NCBI GenBank assembly: GCA_964016885.1
Contig: OZ024741.1
Location: 312,542,001 to 312,606,000, forward strand
From: Eledone cirrhosa
Lineage: Eukaryota
DNA length: 64,000 nt
Direction of reading: 5' to 3'
Of the stretch, positions 44,901 to 59,900 are shown in pieces. Both the position numbers and the translations under genes were made by a program. A model generated the notes under the pieces. That model saw only the letters and a program-made list of their open reading frames with translations. It ran no database searches and had not been told where the DNA came from. How positions within the stretch are numbered: the first letter of the stretch is position 1; each line of letters starts with the position of its first letter.

Positions 44901-47900
44901 CGCGCATTGCCTGGAGACTTAGCTGAGAATAGACTCCCTGATGACGCAATGAATTCTCGACAGTTAGGTTACGTAACTGTCTTTATCCCATTGCAGAATC
45001 TAATTAGTTGGAGTGAAAATTTAGAGTAAGTAAGTTAAAACTTTTTTAAAAAAAATTTTTTTAAAGGATTTTTTTATTTTACGTCTTCTATATTATTGTT
45101 CTGCATCCTCCTGCATTGAACCACCTAGGTAATATGAAATAACCTGTGTATTTGCTGGCATTAGCGTACATCTGTGCGCTTATGTTAGTTGATATATTAA
45201 ATTATCTATATTTATCTCCAAATCACTGATTTGTCGAGCAAACCTGCCAAAACCACTTCTAAATTTTTTTGGGGGGTGTTTGTAGGCGTCTGTCATCTTA
45301 CCATCCCATTCCTACTGACTAGCCTCTGTGTCACGTGATTGATTCTTTAGAATCGGCCATTTGACTAGAGGCCGTGAGGATTTCAGTGCATGGAATTCAG
45401 TCCCCGCTAGCTGTTCCATCTACCGAATTACTATTATTTTTATATGAGCCCCCAGTGTCCGCGCATTGCCTGGAGACTTAGCTGAGAATAGACTCCCTGA
45501 TGACGCAATGAATTCTCGACAGTTAGATTACGTAACTGTCTTCATCCCATTGCAGAAACTAATTAGTTGGAGTGAAAATTTAAGTAAGTAAGTTAAAATT
45601 TAAAAAAAAAAACTTTTTTAAAGGATTTTCTTATTTTACGTCTTCTATATTATTGTTCTGCATCCTCCTGCATTGAACCACCTAGGTACTATGACATAAC
45701 CTGTGTATTTGCTGGCATTAGCGTACATCTGTGCGCTTATGTTAGTTGATATATTAAATTATCTATATTTATCTCCAAATCACTGATTTGTCGAGCAAAC
45801 CTGCCAAAACCACTTCTAAATTTTTTTTGGGGGTGTTAGTAGGCGTCTGTCATCTTACCATCCCATTCCTACTGACTAGCCTCTGTGTCACGTGATTGAT
45901 TCTTTAGAATCGGCCATTTGACTAGAGGCAGTGAGGACTTCAGTGCATGGAATTCTGTCCCCGCTAGCTGTTCCATCTACCGAATTATTATTATTTTTAT
46001 ATGAACCCCCAGTGTCCGCGCATTGCCTGGAGACTTAGCTGAGAATAGACTCCCTGATGACGCAATGAATTCTCGACAGTTAGATTACGTAACTTTCTTT
46101 ATCCCATTGCAGAAACTAATTAGTTGGAGTGAAAATTTAAGTAAGTAAGTTAAAATTTAAAAAAAAAAACATTTTTAAAGGATTTTCTTATTTTACGTCT
46201 TCTATATTATTGTTCTGCATCCTCCTGCATTGAACCACCTAGGTACTATGACATAACCTGTGTATTTGCTGGCATTAGCGTACATCTGTGCGCTTATGTT
46301 AGTTGATATATTAAATTATCTATATTTATCTCAAAATCACTGATTTGTCGAGCAATCCTGCCAAAACCACTTCTAAATTTTTTGGGGGGGTGTTTGTAGG
46401 CGTCTGTCATCTTACCATCCAATTCCTACTGACTAGCCTCTGTGTCACGTGATTGATTCTTTAGAATCGGCCATTTGACTAGAGGCAGTGAGGATTTTAG
46501 TGCATGGAATTCAGTCCCCGCTAGCTGTTCCATCTACCGAATTATTATTATTTTTATATGAGCCCCCAGTGTCCGCGCATTGCCTGGAGACTTAGCTGAA
46601 AATAGACTCCCTGATGACGCAATGGATTCTCGACAGTTAGATTACGTAACTGTCTTTATCCCATTGCAGAAACTAATTAGTTGGAGTGAAAATTTAAGTA
46701 AGTTAAAATTTAAAAAAAAAAACTTTTTTTAAAGGATTTTCTTATTTTACGTCTTCTATATTATTGTTCTGCATCCTCCTGCATTGAACCACCTAGGTAC
46801 TATGATATATCCTGTGTATTTGCTGGCATTAGCGTACATCTGTGCGCTTATGTTAGTTGATATATTAAATTATCTATATTTATCTCCAAATCACTGATTT
46901 GTCGAGCAAACCTGCCAAAACCACTTCTAAATTTTTTTTGGCGGTGTTAGTAGGCGTCTGTCATCTTACCATCCCATTCCTACTGACTAGCCTCTGTGTC
47001 ACGTGATTGATTCTTTAGAAACGGCCATTTGACTAGAGGCAGTGAGGATTTCTGTGCATGGAATTCAGTACCCGCTAGCTGTTCCATCTACCGAATTATT
47101 ATTATTTTTATATGAGCCCACAGTGTCCGCGCATTGCCTGGAGTCTTAGCTGAGAATAGACTCCCTGATGACGCAATGAATTCTCGAGAGTTAGATTACG
47201 TAACTGTCTTTATCCCATTGCAGAAACTAATTAGTTGGAGTGAAAATTTAAGTGAGTAAGTTAAAATTAAAAAAAAAAAACTTTTTTTAAAGGATTTTCT
47301 TATTTTACGTCTTCTATATTATTGTTCTGCATCCTCCTGCATTGAACCACCTAGGTACTATGACATAACCTGTGTATTTGCTGGCATTAGCGTACATCTG
47401 TGCGCTTATGTTAGTTGATATATTAAATTATCTATATTTATCTCCAAATCACTGATTTTTCGAGCAAACCTGCCAAAACCACTTCTAAATTTTTTTTGGG
47501 GGTGTTAGTAGGCGTCTGTCATCTTACCATCCCATTCCTACTGACTAGCCTCTGTGTCACGTGATTGATTCTTTAGAATCGGCCATTTGACTAGAGTCAG
47601 TGAGGATTTCAGTGCATGGAATTCAGTCCCCGCTAGCTGTTCCATCTACCGAATTATTATTATTTTTATATGAGCCCCCAGTGTCCGCGCATTGCCTGGA
47701 GACTTAGCTGAGAATAGACTCCCTGATGACGCAATGAATTCTCGACAGTTAGAATACGTAACTGTCTTTATCCCATTGCAGAAACTAATTAGTTGGAGTG
47801 AAAATTTAAGTAAGTAAGTTAAAATTAAAAAAAACAAACTTTTTTTAAAGGATTTTCTTAAATTACGTCTTCTATATTATTGTTCTGCATCCTCCTGCAT

Positions 47901-50900
47901 TGAACCACCTAGGTACTATGACATAACCTGTGTATTTGCTGGCATTAGCGTACATCTGTGCGCTTATGTTAGTTGATATATTAAATTATCTATATTTATC
48001 TCCAAATCACTGAATTGTCGAGCAAACCTGCCAAAACCACTTCTAAATTTTTTGGGGGGGTGTTAGTAGGCGTCTGTCATCTTACCATCCAATTCCTACT
48101 GACTAGCCTCTGTGTCACCTGATTGATTCTTTAGAATCGGCCATTTGACTAGAGGCAGTGAGGATTTCAGTGCATGGAATTTAGTCCCCGCTAGCTGTTA
48201 CATCTACCGAATTATTATTATTTTTATATGAGCCCCCAGTGTCCGCGCATTGCCTGGAGACTTAGCTGAGTATAGACTCCCTGATGACGCAATGAATTCT
48301 CAACTGTTAGATTACGTAACTGTCTTTATCCCATTGCAGAAACTAATTAGTTGGAGTGAAAATTTAGAGTAAGTAAGTTAAAACTTTTTTAAAAAAACTT
48401 TTTTTAAAGGATTTTTTTATTTTACGTCTTCTATATTATTGTTCTGCATCCTCCTGCATTGAACCACCTAGGTACTATGACATAACCTGTGTATTTGCTG
48501 GCATTAGCGTACATCTGTGCGCTTATCTTAGTTGATATATTAAATTATCTATATTTATCTCCAAATCACTGATTTGTCGAGCAAACCTGCCAAAACCACT
48601 TCTAAATTTTTTTGGGGGGTGTTTGTAGGCGTCTGTCATCTTACCATCCCATTCCTACTGACTAGCCTCTGTGTCACGTGATTGATTCTTTAGAATCGGC
48701 CGTTTGACTAGAGGCAGTGAGGATTTCTGTGCATGGAATTCAGTACCCGCTAGCTGTTCCATCTACCGAATTATTATTATTTTTATATGAGCCCACAGTG
48801 TCCGCGCATTGCCTGGAGTCTTAGCTGAGAATAGACTCCCTGATGACGCAATGAATTCTCGAGAGTTAGATTACGTAACTGTCTTTATCCCATTGCAGAA
48901 ACTAATTAGTTGGAGGGAAAATTTAAGTGAGTAAGTTAAAATTTAAAAAAAAAAACTTTTTTTAAAGGATTTTCTTATTTTACGTCTTCTATATTATTGT
49001 TCTGCATCCTCCTGCATTGAACCACCTAGGTACTATGACATAACCTGTGTATTTGCTGGCATTAGCGTACATCTGTGCGCTTATGTTAGTTGATATATTA
49101 AATTATCTATATTTATCTCCAAATCACTGATTTGTCGAGCAAACCTGCCAAAACCACTTCTAAATTTTTTTTGGGGGTGTTAGTAGGCGTCTGTCATCTT
49201 ACCATCCCATTCCTACTGACTAGCCTCTGTGTCACGTGATTGATTCTTTAGAATCGGCCATTTGACTAGAGTCAGTGAGGATTTCAGTGCATGGAATTCA
49301 GTCCCCGCTAGCTGTTCCATCTACCCAATTATTATTATTTTTATATGAGCCCCCAGTGTCCGCGCATTGCCTGGAGACTTAGCTGAGAATAGACACCCTG
49401 ATGACGCAATGAATTCTCGACAGTTAGATTACGTAACTGTCTTTATCCCATTGCAGAAACTAATTAGTTGGAGTGAAAATCTAAGTAAGAATTTAAAATT
49501 TAAAAAAAAAACTTTTTTTAAAGGATTTTCTTATTTTACGTCTTCTATATTATTGTTCTGCATCCTCCTGCATTGAACCACCTAGGTACTATGACATAAC
49601 CTGTGTATTTGCTGGCATTAGCGTACATCTGTGCGCTTATGTTAGTTGATATATTAAATTATCTATATTTATCTCCAAATCACTGAATTGTCGAGCAAAC
49701 CTGCCAAAACCACTTCTAAATTTTTTGGGGGGGTGTTAGTAGGCGTCTGTCATCTTACCATCCAATTCCTACTGACTAGCCTCTGTGTCACGTGATTGAT
49801 TCTTTAGAATCGGCCATTTGACTAGAGGCAGTGAGGATTTCTGTGCATGGAAATCAGTCCCCGCTAGCTGTTCCATCTACCGAATTATTATTATTTTTAT
49901 ATGAGCCCCCAGTGTCCGCGCATTGCCTGGAGACTTAGCTGAGAATAGACTCCCTGATGACGCAATGGATTCTCGACAGTTAGATTACGTAACTGTCTTT
50001 ATCCCATTGCAGAAACTAATTAGTTGGAGTGAAAATTTAAGTAAGTTAAAATTTAAAAAAAAAAACTTTTTTTAAAGGATTTTCTTATTTTACGTCTTCT
50101 ATATTATTGTTCTGCATCCTCCTGCATTGAACCACCTAGGTACTATGATATATCCTGTGTATTTGCTGGCATTAGCGTACATCTGTGCGCTTATGTTAGT
50201 TGATATATTAAATTATCTATATTTATCTCCAAATCACTGATTTGTCGAGCAAACCTGCCAAAACCACTTCTAAATTTTTTTTGGCGGTGTTAGTAGGCGT
50301 CTGTCATCTTACCATCCCATTCCTACTGACTAGCCTCTGTGTCACGTGATTGATTCTTTAGAAACGGCCATTTGACTAGAGGCAGTGAGGATTTCTGTGC
50401 ATGGAATTCAGTACCCGCTAGCTGTTCCATCTACCGAATTATTATTATTTTTATATGAGCCCACAGTGTCCGCGCATTGCCTGGAGTCTTAGCTGAGAAT
50501 AGACTCCCTGATGACGCAATGAATTCTCGAGAGTTAGATTACGTAACTGTCTTTATCCCATTGCAGAAACTAATTAGTTGGAGTGAAAATTTAAGTGAGT
50601 AAGTTAAAATTTAAAAAAAAAAACTTTTTTTAAAGGATTTTCTTATTTTACGTCTTCTATATTATTGTTCTGCATCCTCCTGCATTGAACCACCTAGGTA
50701 CTATGACATAACCTGTGTATTTGCTGGCATTAGTGTACATATGTGCGCTTATGTTAGTTGATATATTAAATTATCTATATTTATCTCCAAATCACTGATT
50801 TGTCGAGCAAACCTGCCAAAACCACTTCTAAATTTTTTTGGGGGGTGTTTGTAGGCGTCTGTCATCTTACCATCCCATTCCTACTGACTAGCCTCTGTGT

Positions 50901-53900
50901 CACGTGATTGATTCTTTAGAATCGGCCATTTGACTAGAGTCAGTGAGGATTTCAGTGCATGGAATTCAGTCCCCGCTAGCTGTTCCATCTACCCAATTAT
51001 TATTATTTTTATATGAGCCCCCAGTGTCCGCGCATTGCCTGGAGACTTAGCTGAGAATAGACTCCCTGATGACGCAATGAATTCTCGACAGTTAGAATAC
51101 GTAACTGTCTTTATCCCATTGCAGAAACTAATTAGTTGGAGTGAAAATTTAAGTAAGTAAGTTAAAATTAAAAAAAAAAAAACTTTTTTTAAAGGATTTT
51201 CTTAAATTACGTCTTCTATATTATTGTTCTGCATCCTCCTGCATTGAACCACCTAGGTACTATGACATAACCTGTGTATTTGCTGGCATTAGCGTACATC
51301 TGTGCGCTTATGTTAGTTGATATATTAAATTATCTATATTTATCTCCAAATCACTGATTTGTCGAGCAAACCTGCCAAAACCACTTCTAAATTTTTTTTG
51401 GGGGTGTTAGTAGGCGTCTGTCATCTTACCATCCCATTCCTACTGACTAGCCTCTGTGTCACGTGATTGATTCTTTAGAATCGGCCATTTGACTAGAGGC
51501 AGTGAGGATTTCAGTGCATGGAAATCAGTCCCCGCTAGCTGTTCCATCTACCGAATTATTATTATTTTTATATGAGCCCCCAGTGTCCGCGCATTGCCTG
51601 GAGACTTAGCTGAGAATAGACACCCTGATGACGCAATGAATTCTCGACAGTTAGATTACGTAACTGTCTTTATCCCATTGCAGAAACTAATTAGTTGGAG
51701 TGAAAATCTAAGTAAGAAGTTAAAATTTAAAAAAAAAACTTTTTTTAAAGGATTTTCTTATTTTACGTCTTCTATATTATTGTTCTGCATCCTCCTGCAT
51801 TGAACCACCTAGGTACTATGACATAACCTGTGTATTTGCTGGCATTAGCGTACATCTGTGCGCTTATGTTAGTTGATATATTAAATTATCTATATTTATC
51901 TCCAAATCACTGAATTGTCGAGCAAACCTGCCAAAACCACTTCTAAATTTTTTGGGGGGGTGTTAGTAGGCGTCTGTCATCTTACCATCCAATTCCTACT
52001 GACTAGCCTCTGTGTCACGTGATTGATTCTTTAGAATCGGCCATTTGACTAGAGGCAGTGAGGATTTCAGTGCATGGAATTTAGTCCCCGCTAGCTGTTA
52101 CATCTACCGAATTATTATTATTTTTATATGAGCCCCCAGTGTCCGCGCATTGCCTGGAGACTTAGCTGAGTATAGACTCCCTGATGACGCAATGAATTCT
52201 CAACAGTTAGATTACGTAACTGTCTTTATCCCATTGCAGAAACTAATTAGTTGGAGTGAAAATTTAGAGTAAGTAAGTTAAAACTTTTTTAAAAAAACTT
52301 TTTTTAAAGGATTTTTTTATTTTACGTCTTCTATATTATTGTTCTGCATCCTCCTGCATTGAACCACCTAGGTACTATGACATAACCTGTGTATTTGCTG
52401 GCATTAGCGTACATCTGTGCGCTTATCTTAGTTGATATATTAAATTATCTATATTTATCTCCAAATCACTGATTTGTCGAGCAAACCTGCCAAAACCACT
52501 TCTAAATTTTTTTGGGGGGTGTTTGTAGGCGTCTGTCATCTTACCATCCCATTCCTACTGACTAGCCTCTGTGTCACGTGATTGATTCTTTAGAATCGGC
52601 CATTTGACTAGAGGCAGTGAGGATTTCTGTGCATGGAATTCAGTACCCGCTAGCTGTTCCATCTACCGAATTATTATTATTTTTATATGAGCCCACAGTG
52701 TCCGCGCATTGCCTGGAGTCTTAGCTGAGAATAGACTCCCTGATGACGCAATGAATTCTCGAGAGTTAGATTACGTAACTGTCTTTATCCCATTGCAGAA
52801 ACTAATTAGTTGGAGAGAAAATTTAAGTGAGTAAGTTAAAATTTAAAAAAAAAAACTTTTTTTAAAGGATTTTCTTATTTTACGTCTTCTATATTATTGT
52901 TCTGCATCCTCCTGCATTGAACCATCTAGGTACTATGACATAACCTGTGTATTTGCTGGCATTAGCGTACATCTGTGCGCTTATGTTAGTTGATATATTA
53001 AATTATCTATATTTATCTCCAAATCACTGATTTGTCGAGCAAACCTGCCAAAACCACTTCTAAATTTTTTTTGGGGGTGTTAGTAGGCGTCTGTCATCTT
53101 ACCATCCCATTCCTACTGACTAGCTTCTGTGTCACGTGATTGATTCTTTAGAATCGGCCATTTGACTAGAGTCAGTGAGGATTTCAGTGCATGGAATTCA
53201 GTCCCCGCTAGCTGTTCCATCTACCCAATTATTATTATTTTTATATGAGCCCCCAGAGTCCGCGCATTGCCTGGAGACTTAGCTGAGAATAGACACCCTG
53301 ATGACGCAATGAATTCTCGACAGTTAGATTACGTAACTGTCTTTATCCCATTGCAGAAACTAATTAGTTGGAGTGAAAATCTAAGTAAGTAGTTAAAATT
53401 TAAAAAAAAAACTTTTTTTAAAGGATTTTCTTATTTTACGTCTTCTATATTATTGTTCTGCATCTTCCTGCATTGAACCACCTAGGTACTATGACATAAC
53501 CTGTGTATTTGCTGGCATTAGCGTACATCTGTGCGCTTATGTTAGTTGATATATTAAATTATCTATATTTATCTCCAAATCACTGAATTGTCGAGCAAAC
53601 CTGCCAAAACCACTTCTAAATTTTTTGGGGGGGTGTTAGTAGGCGTCTGTCATCTTACCATCCAATTCCTACTGACTAGCCTCTGTGTCACGTGATTGAT
53701 TCTTTAGAATCGGCCATTTGACTAGAGGCAGTGAGGATTTCAGTGCATGGAATTTAGTCCCCGCTAGCTGTTACATCTACCGAATTATTATTATTTTTAT
53801 ATGAGCCCCCAGTGTCCGCGCATTGCCTGGAGACTTAGCTGAGTATAGACTCCCTGATGACGCAATGAATTCTCAACAGTTAGATTACGTAACTGTCTTT

Positions 53901-56900
53901 ATCCCATTGCAGAAACTAATTAGTTGGAGTGAAAATTTAGAGTAAGTAAGTTAAAACTTTTTTAAAAAAACTTGTTTTAAAGGATTTTTTTATTTTACGT
54001 CTTCTATATTATTGTTCTGCATCCTCCTGCATTGAACCACCTAGGTACTATGACATAACCTGTGTATTTGCTGGCATTAGCGTACATCTGTGCGCTTATG
54101 TTAGTTGATATATTAAATTATCTATATTTATCTCCAAATCACTGATTTGTCGAGCAAACCTGCCAAAACCACTTCTAAATTTTTTGGGGGGGTGTTTGTA
54201 GGCGTATGTCATCTTACCATCCCATTCCTACTGACTAGCCTCTGTGTCACGTGATTGATTCTTTAGAATCGGCCATTTGACTAGAGGCAGTGAGGATTTC
54301 AGTGCATGGAATTTAGTCCCCGCTAGCTGTTCCATCTACCGAATTATTATTATTTTTATATGAGCCCCCAGTGTCCGCGCATTGCCTGGAGACTTAGCTG
54401 AGAATAGACTCCCTGATGACACAATGAATTCTCGACAGTTAGATTACGTAACTGTCTTTATCCCATTGCAGAAACTAATTAGTTGGAGTGAAAATTTAAG
54501 TAAGTCAGTTAAAATTTAAAAAAACAAACATTTTTTAAAGGATTTTCTTATTTTACGTCTTCTATATTATTGTTCTGCATCCTCCTGCATTGAACCACGT
54601 AGGTACTATGACATAACCTGTGTATTTGCTGGCATTAGCGTACATCTGTGCGCTTATGTTAGTTGATATATTAAATTATCTATATTTATCTCCAAATCAC
54701 TGATTTATCGAGCAAACCTGCCAAAACCACTTCTAAATTTTTTGGGGGGGTGTTAGTATGCGTCTGTCATCTTACCATCCCATTCCTACTGACTAGCCTA
54801 TGTGTCACGTGATTGATTCTTTAGAATCGGCCATTTGACTAGAGGCAGTGAGGACTTCAGTGCATGGATTTCAGTCCCCGCTAGCTGTTCCATCTACCGA
54901 ATTATTATTATTTTTATATGAGCCCCCAGTGTCCGCGCATTGCCTGGAGACTTAGCTGAGAATAGACTCCCTGTTGACGCAATGAATTCTCGACAGTTAG
55001 ATTACGTAACTGTCTTTATCCCATTGCAGAAACTAATTAGTTGGAGTGAAAATTTAAGTAAGTAAGTTAAAATTTAAAAAAAAAAACATTTTTTAAAGGA
55101 TTTTCTTATTTTACGTCTTCTATATTATTGTTCTGCATCCTCCTGCATTGAACCACCTAGGTACTATGACATAACCTGTGTATTTGCTGGCATTAGCGTA
55201 CATCTGTGCGCTTATGTTAGTTGATATATTAAATTATCTATATTTATCTCCAAATCACTGATTTGTCGAGCAAACCTGCCAAAACCACTTCTAAATTTTT
55301 TTTGGGGGTGTTAGTAGGCGTCTGTCATCTTACCATCCCATTCCTACTGACTAGCCTCTGTGTCACGTGATTGATTCTTTAGAATCGGCCATTTGACTAG
55401 AGTCAGTGAGGATTTCAGTGCATGGAATTCAGTCCCCGCTAGCTGTTCCATCTACCCAATTATTTTTATTTTTATATGAGCCCCCAGTGTCCGCGCATTG
55501 CCTGGAGACTTAGCTGAGAATAGACTCCCTGATGACGCAATGAATTCTCGACAGTTAGAATACGTAACTGTCTTTATCCCATTGCAGAAACTAATTAGTT
55601 GGAGTGAAAATTTAAGTAAGTAAGTTAAAATTAAAAAAAACAAACTTTTTTTAAAGGATTTTCTTAAATTACGTCTTCTATATTATTGTTCTGCATCCTC
55701 CTGCATTGAACCACCTAGGTACTATGACATAACCTGTGTATTTGCTGGCATTAGCGTACATCTGTGCGCTTATGTTAGTTGATATATTAAATTATCTATA
55801 TTTATCTCCAAATCACTGAATTGTCGAGCAAACCTGCCAAAACCACTTCTAAATTTTTTTGGGGGGGTGTTAGTAGGCGTCTGTCATCTTACCATCCAAT
55901 TCCTACTGACTAGCCTCTGTGTCACCTGATTGATTCTTTAGAATCGGCCATTTGACTAGAGGCAGTGAGGATTTCAGTGCATGGAAATCAGTCCCCGCTA
56001 GCTGTTACATCTACCGAATTATTATTATTTTTATATGAGCCCCCAGTGTCCGCGCATTGCCTGGAGACTTAGCTGAGTATAGACTCCCTGATGACGCAAT
56101 GAATTCTCAACAGTTAGATTACGTAACTGTCTTTATCCCATTGCAGAAACTAATTAGTTGGAGTGAAAATTTAGAGTAAGTAAGTTAAAACTTTTTAAAA
56201 AAAACTTTTTTTAAAGGATTTTTTTATTTTACGTCTTCTATATTATTGTTCTGCATCCTCCTGCATTGAACCACCTAGGTACTATGACATAACCTGTGTA
56301 TTTGCTGGCATTAGCGTACATCTGTGCGCTTATCTTAGTTGATATATTAAATTATCTATATTTATCTCCAAATCACTGATTTGTCGAGCAAACCTGCCAA
56401 AACCACTTCTAAATTTTTTTGGGGGGTGTTTGTAGGCGTCTGTCATCTTACCATCCCATTCCTACTGACTAGCCTCTGTGTCACGTGATTGATTCTTTAG
56501 AATCGGCCGTTTGACTAGAGGCAGGGAGGATTTCTGTGCATGGAATTCAGTACCCGCTAGCTGTTCCATCTACCGAATTATTATTATTTTTATATGAGCC
56601 CACAGTGTCCGCGCATTGCCTGGAGTCTTAGCTGAGAATAGACTCCCTGATGACGCAATGAATTCTCGAGAGTTAGATTACGTAACTGTCTTTATCCCAT
56701 TGCAGAAACTAATTAGTTGGAGGGAAAATTTAAGTGAGTAAGTTAAAATTTAAAAAAAAAAACTTTTTTTAAAGGATTTTCTTATTTTACGTCTTCTATA
56801 TTATTGTTCTGCATCCTCCTGCATTGAACCACCTAGGTACTATGACATAACCTGTGTATTTGCTGGCATTAGCGTACATCTGTGCGCTTATGTTAGTTGA

Positions 56901-59900
56901 TATATTAAATTATCTATATTTATCTCCAAATCACTGATTTGTCGAGCAAACCTGCCAAAACCACTTCTAAATTTTTTTTGGGGGTGTTAGTAGGCGTCTG
57001 TCATCTTACCATCCCATTCCTACTGACTAGCCTCTGTGTCACGTGATTGATTCTTTAGAATCGGCCATTTGACTAGAGTCAGTGAGGATTTCAGTGCATG
57101 GAATTCAGTCCCCGCTAGCTGTTCCATCTACCCAATTATTATTATTTTTATATGAGCCCCCAGTGTCCGCGCATTGCCTGGAGACTTAGCTGAGAATAGA
57201 CACCCTGATGACGCAATGAATTCTCGACAGTTAGATTACGTAACTGTCTTTATCCCATTGCAGAAACTAATTAGTTGGAGTGAAAATCTAAGTAAGAAGT
57301 TAAAATTTAAAAAAAAAACTTTTTTTAAAGGATTTTCTTATTTTACGTCTTCTATATTATTGTTCTGCATCCTCCTGCATTGAACCACCTAGGTACTATG
57401 ACATAACCTGTGTATTTGCTGGCATTAGCGTACATCTGTGCGCTTATGTTAGTTGATATATTAAATTATCTATATTTATCTCCAAATCACTGAATTGTCG
57501 AGCAAACCTGCCAAAACCACTTCTAAATTTTTTGGGGGGGTGTTAGTAGGCGTCTGTCATCTTACCATCCAATTCCTACTGACTAGCCTCTGTGTCACGT
57601 GATTGATTCTTTAGAATCGGCCATTTGACTAGAGGCAGTGAGGATTTCTGTGCATGGAAATCAGTCCCCGCTAGCTGTTCCATCTACCGAATTATTATTA
57701 TTTTTATATGAGCCCCCAGTGTCCGCGCATTGCCTGGAGACTTAGCTGAGAATAGACTCCCTGATGACGCAATGGATTCTCGACAGTTAGATTACGTAAC
57801 TGTCTTTATCCCATTGCAGAAACTAATTAGTTGGAGTGAAAATTTAAGTAAGTTAAAATTTAAAAAAAAAAACTTTTTTTAAAGGATTTTCTTATTTTAC
57901 GTCTTCTATATTATTGTTCTGCATCCTCCTGCATTGAACCACCTAGGTACTATGATATATCCTGTGTATTTGCTGGCATTAGCGTACATCTGTGCGCTTA
58001 TGTTAGTTGATATATTAAATTATCTATATTTATCTCCAAATCACTGATTTGTCGAGCAAACCTGCCAAAACCACTTCTAAATTTTTTTTGGCGGTGTTAG
58101 TAGGCGTCTGTCATCTTACCATCCCATTCCTACTGACTAGCCTCTGTGTCACGTGATTGATTCTTTAGAAACGGCCATTTGACTAGAGGCAGTGAGGATT
58201 TCTGTGCATGGAATTCAGTACCCGCTAGCTGTTCCATCTACCGAATTATTATTATTTTTATATGAGCCCACAGTGTCCGCGCATTGCCTGGAGTCTTAGC
58301 TGAGAATAGACTCCCTGATGACGCAATGAATTCTCGAGAGTTAGATTACGTAACTGTCTTTATCCCATTGCAGAAACTAATTAGTTGGAGTGAAAATTTA
58401 AGTAAGTAAGTTAAAATTAAAAAAAACAAACTTTTTTTAAAGGATTTTCTTAAATTACGTCTTCTATATTATTGTTCTGCATCCTCCTGCATTGAACCAC
58501 CTAGGTACTATGACATAACCTGTGTATTTGCTGGCATTAGCGTACATCTGTGCGCTTATGTTAGTTGATATATTAAATTATCTATATTTATCTCCAAATC
58601 ACTGATTTGTCGAGCAAACCTGCCAAAACCACTTCTAAATTTTTTTTGGGGGTGTTAGTAGGCGTCTGTCATCTTACCATCCCATTCCTACTGACTAGCC
58701 TCTGTGTCACGTGATTGATTCTTTAGAATCGGCCATTTGACTAGAGGCAGTGAGGATTTCAGTGCATGGAAATCAGTCCCCGCTAGCTGTTCCATCTACC
58801 GAATTATTATTATTTTTATATGAGCCCCCAGTGTCCGCGCATTGCCTGGAGACTTAGCTGAGAATAGACACCCTGATGACGCAATGAATTCTCGACAGTT
58901 AGATTACGTAACTGTCTTTATCCCATTGCAGAAACTAATTAGTTGGAGGGAAAATTTAAGTGAGTAAGTTAAAATTTTAAAAAAAAAACTTTTTTTAAAG
59001 GATTTTCTTATTTTACGTCTTCTATATTATTGTTCTGCATCCTCCTGCATTGAACCACCTAGGTACTATGACATAACCTGTGTATTTGCTGGCATTAGCG
59101 TACATCTGTGCGCTTATGTTAGTTGATATATTAAATTATCTATATTTATCTCCAAATCACTGATTTGTCGAGAAAACCTGCCAAAACCACTTCTAAATTT
59201 TTTTTGGGGGTGTTAGTAGGCGTCTGTCATCTTACCATCCCATTCCTACTGACTAGCCTCTGTGTCACGTGATTGATTCTTTAGAATCGGCCATTTGACT
59301 AGAGTCAGTGAGGATTTCAGTGCATGGAATTCAGTCCCCGCTAGCTGTTCCATCTACCCATTTATTATTATTTTTATATGAGCCCCCAGTGTCCGCGCAT
59401 TGCCTGGAGACTTAGCTGAGAATAGTCACCCTGATGACGCAATGAATTCTCGACAGTTAGATTACGTAACTGTCTTTATCCCATTGCAGAAACTAATTAG
59501 TTGGAGTGAAAATCTAAGTAAGAAGTTAAAATTTAAAAAAAAAACTTTTTTTAAAGGATTTTCTTATTTTACGTCTTCTATATTATTGTTCTGCATCCTC
59601 CTGCATTGAACCACCTAGGTACTATGACATAACCTGTGTATTTGCTGGCATTAGCGTACATCTGTGCGCTTATGTTAGTTGATATATTAAATTATCTATA
59701 TTTATCTCCAAATCACTGAATTGTCGAGCAAACCTGCCAAAACCACTTCTAAATTTTTGGGGGGGGTGTTAGTAGGCGTCTGTCATCTTACCATCCAATT
59801 CCTACTGACTAGCCTCTGTGTCACGTGATTGATTCTTTAGAATCGGCCATTTGACTAGAGGCAGTGAGGATTTCAGTGCATGGAATTTAGTCCCCGCTAG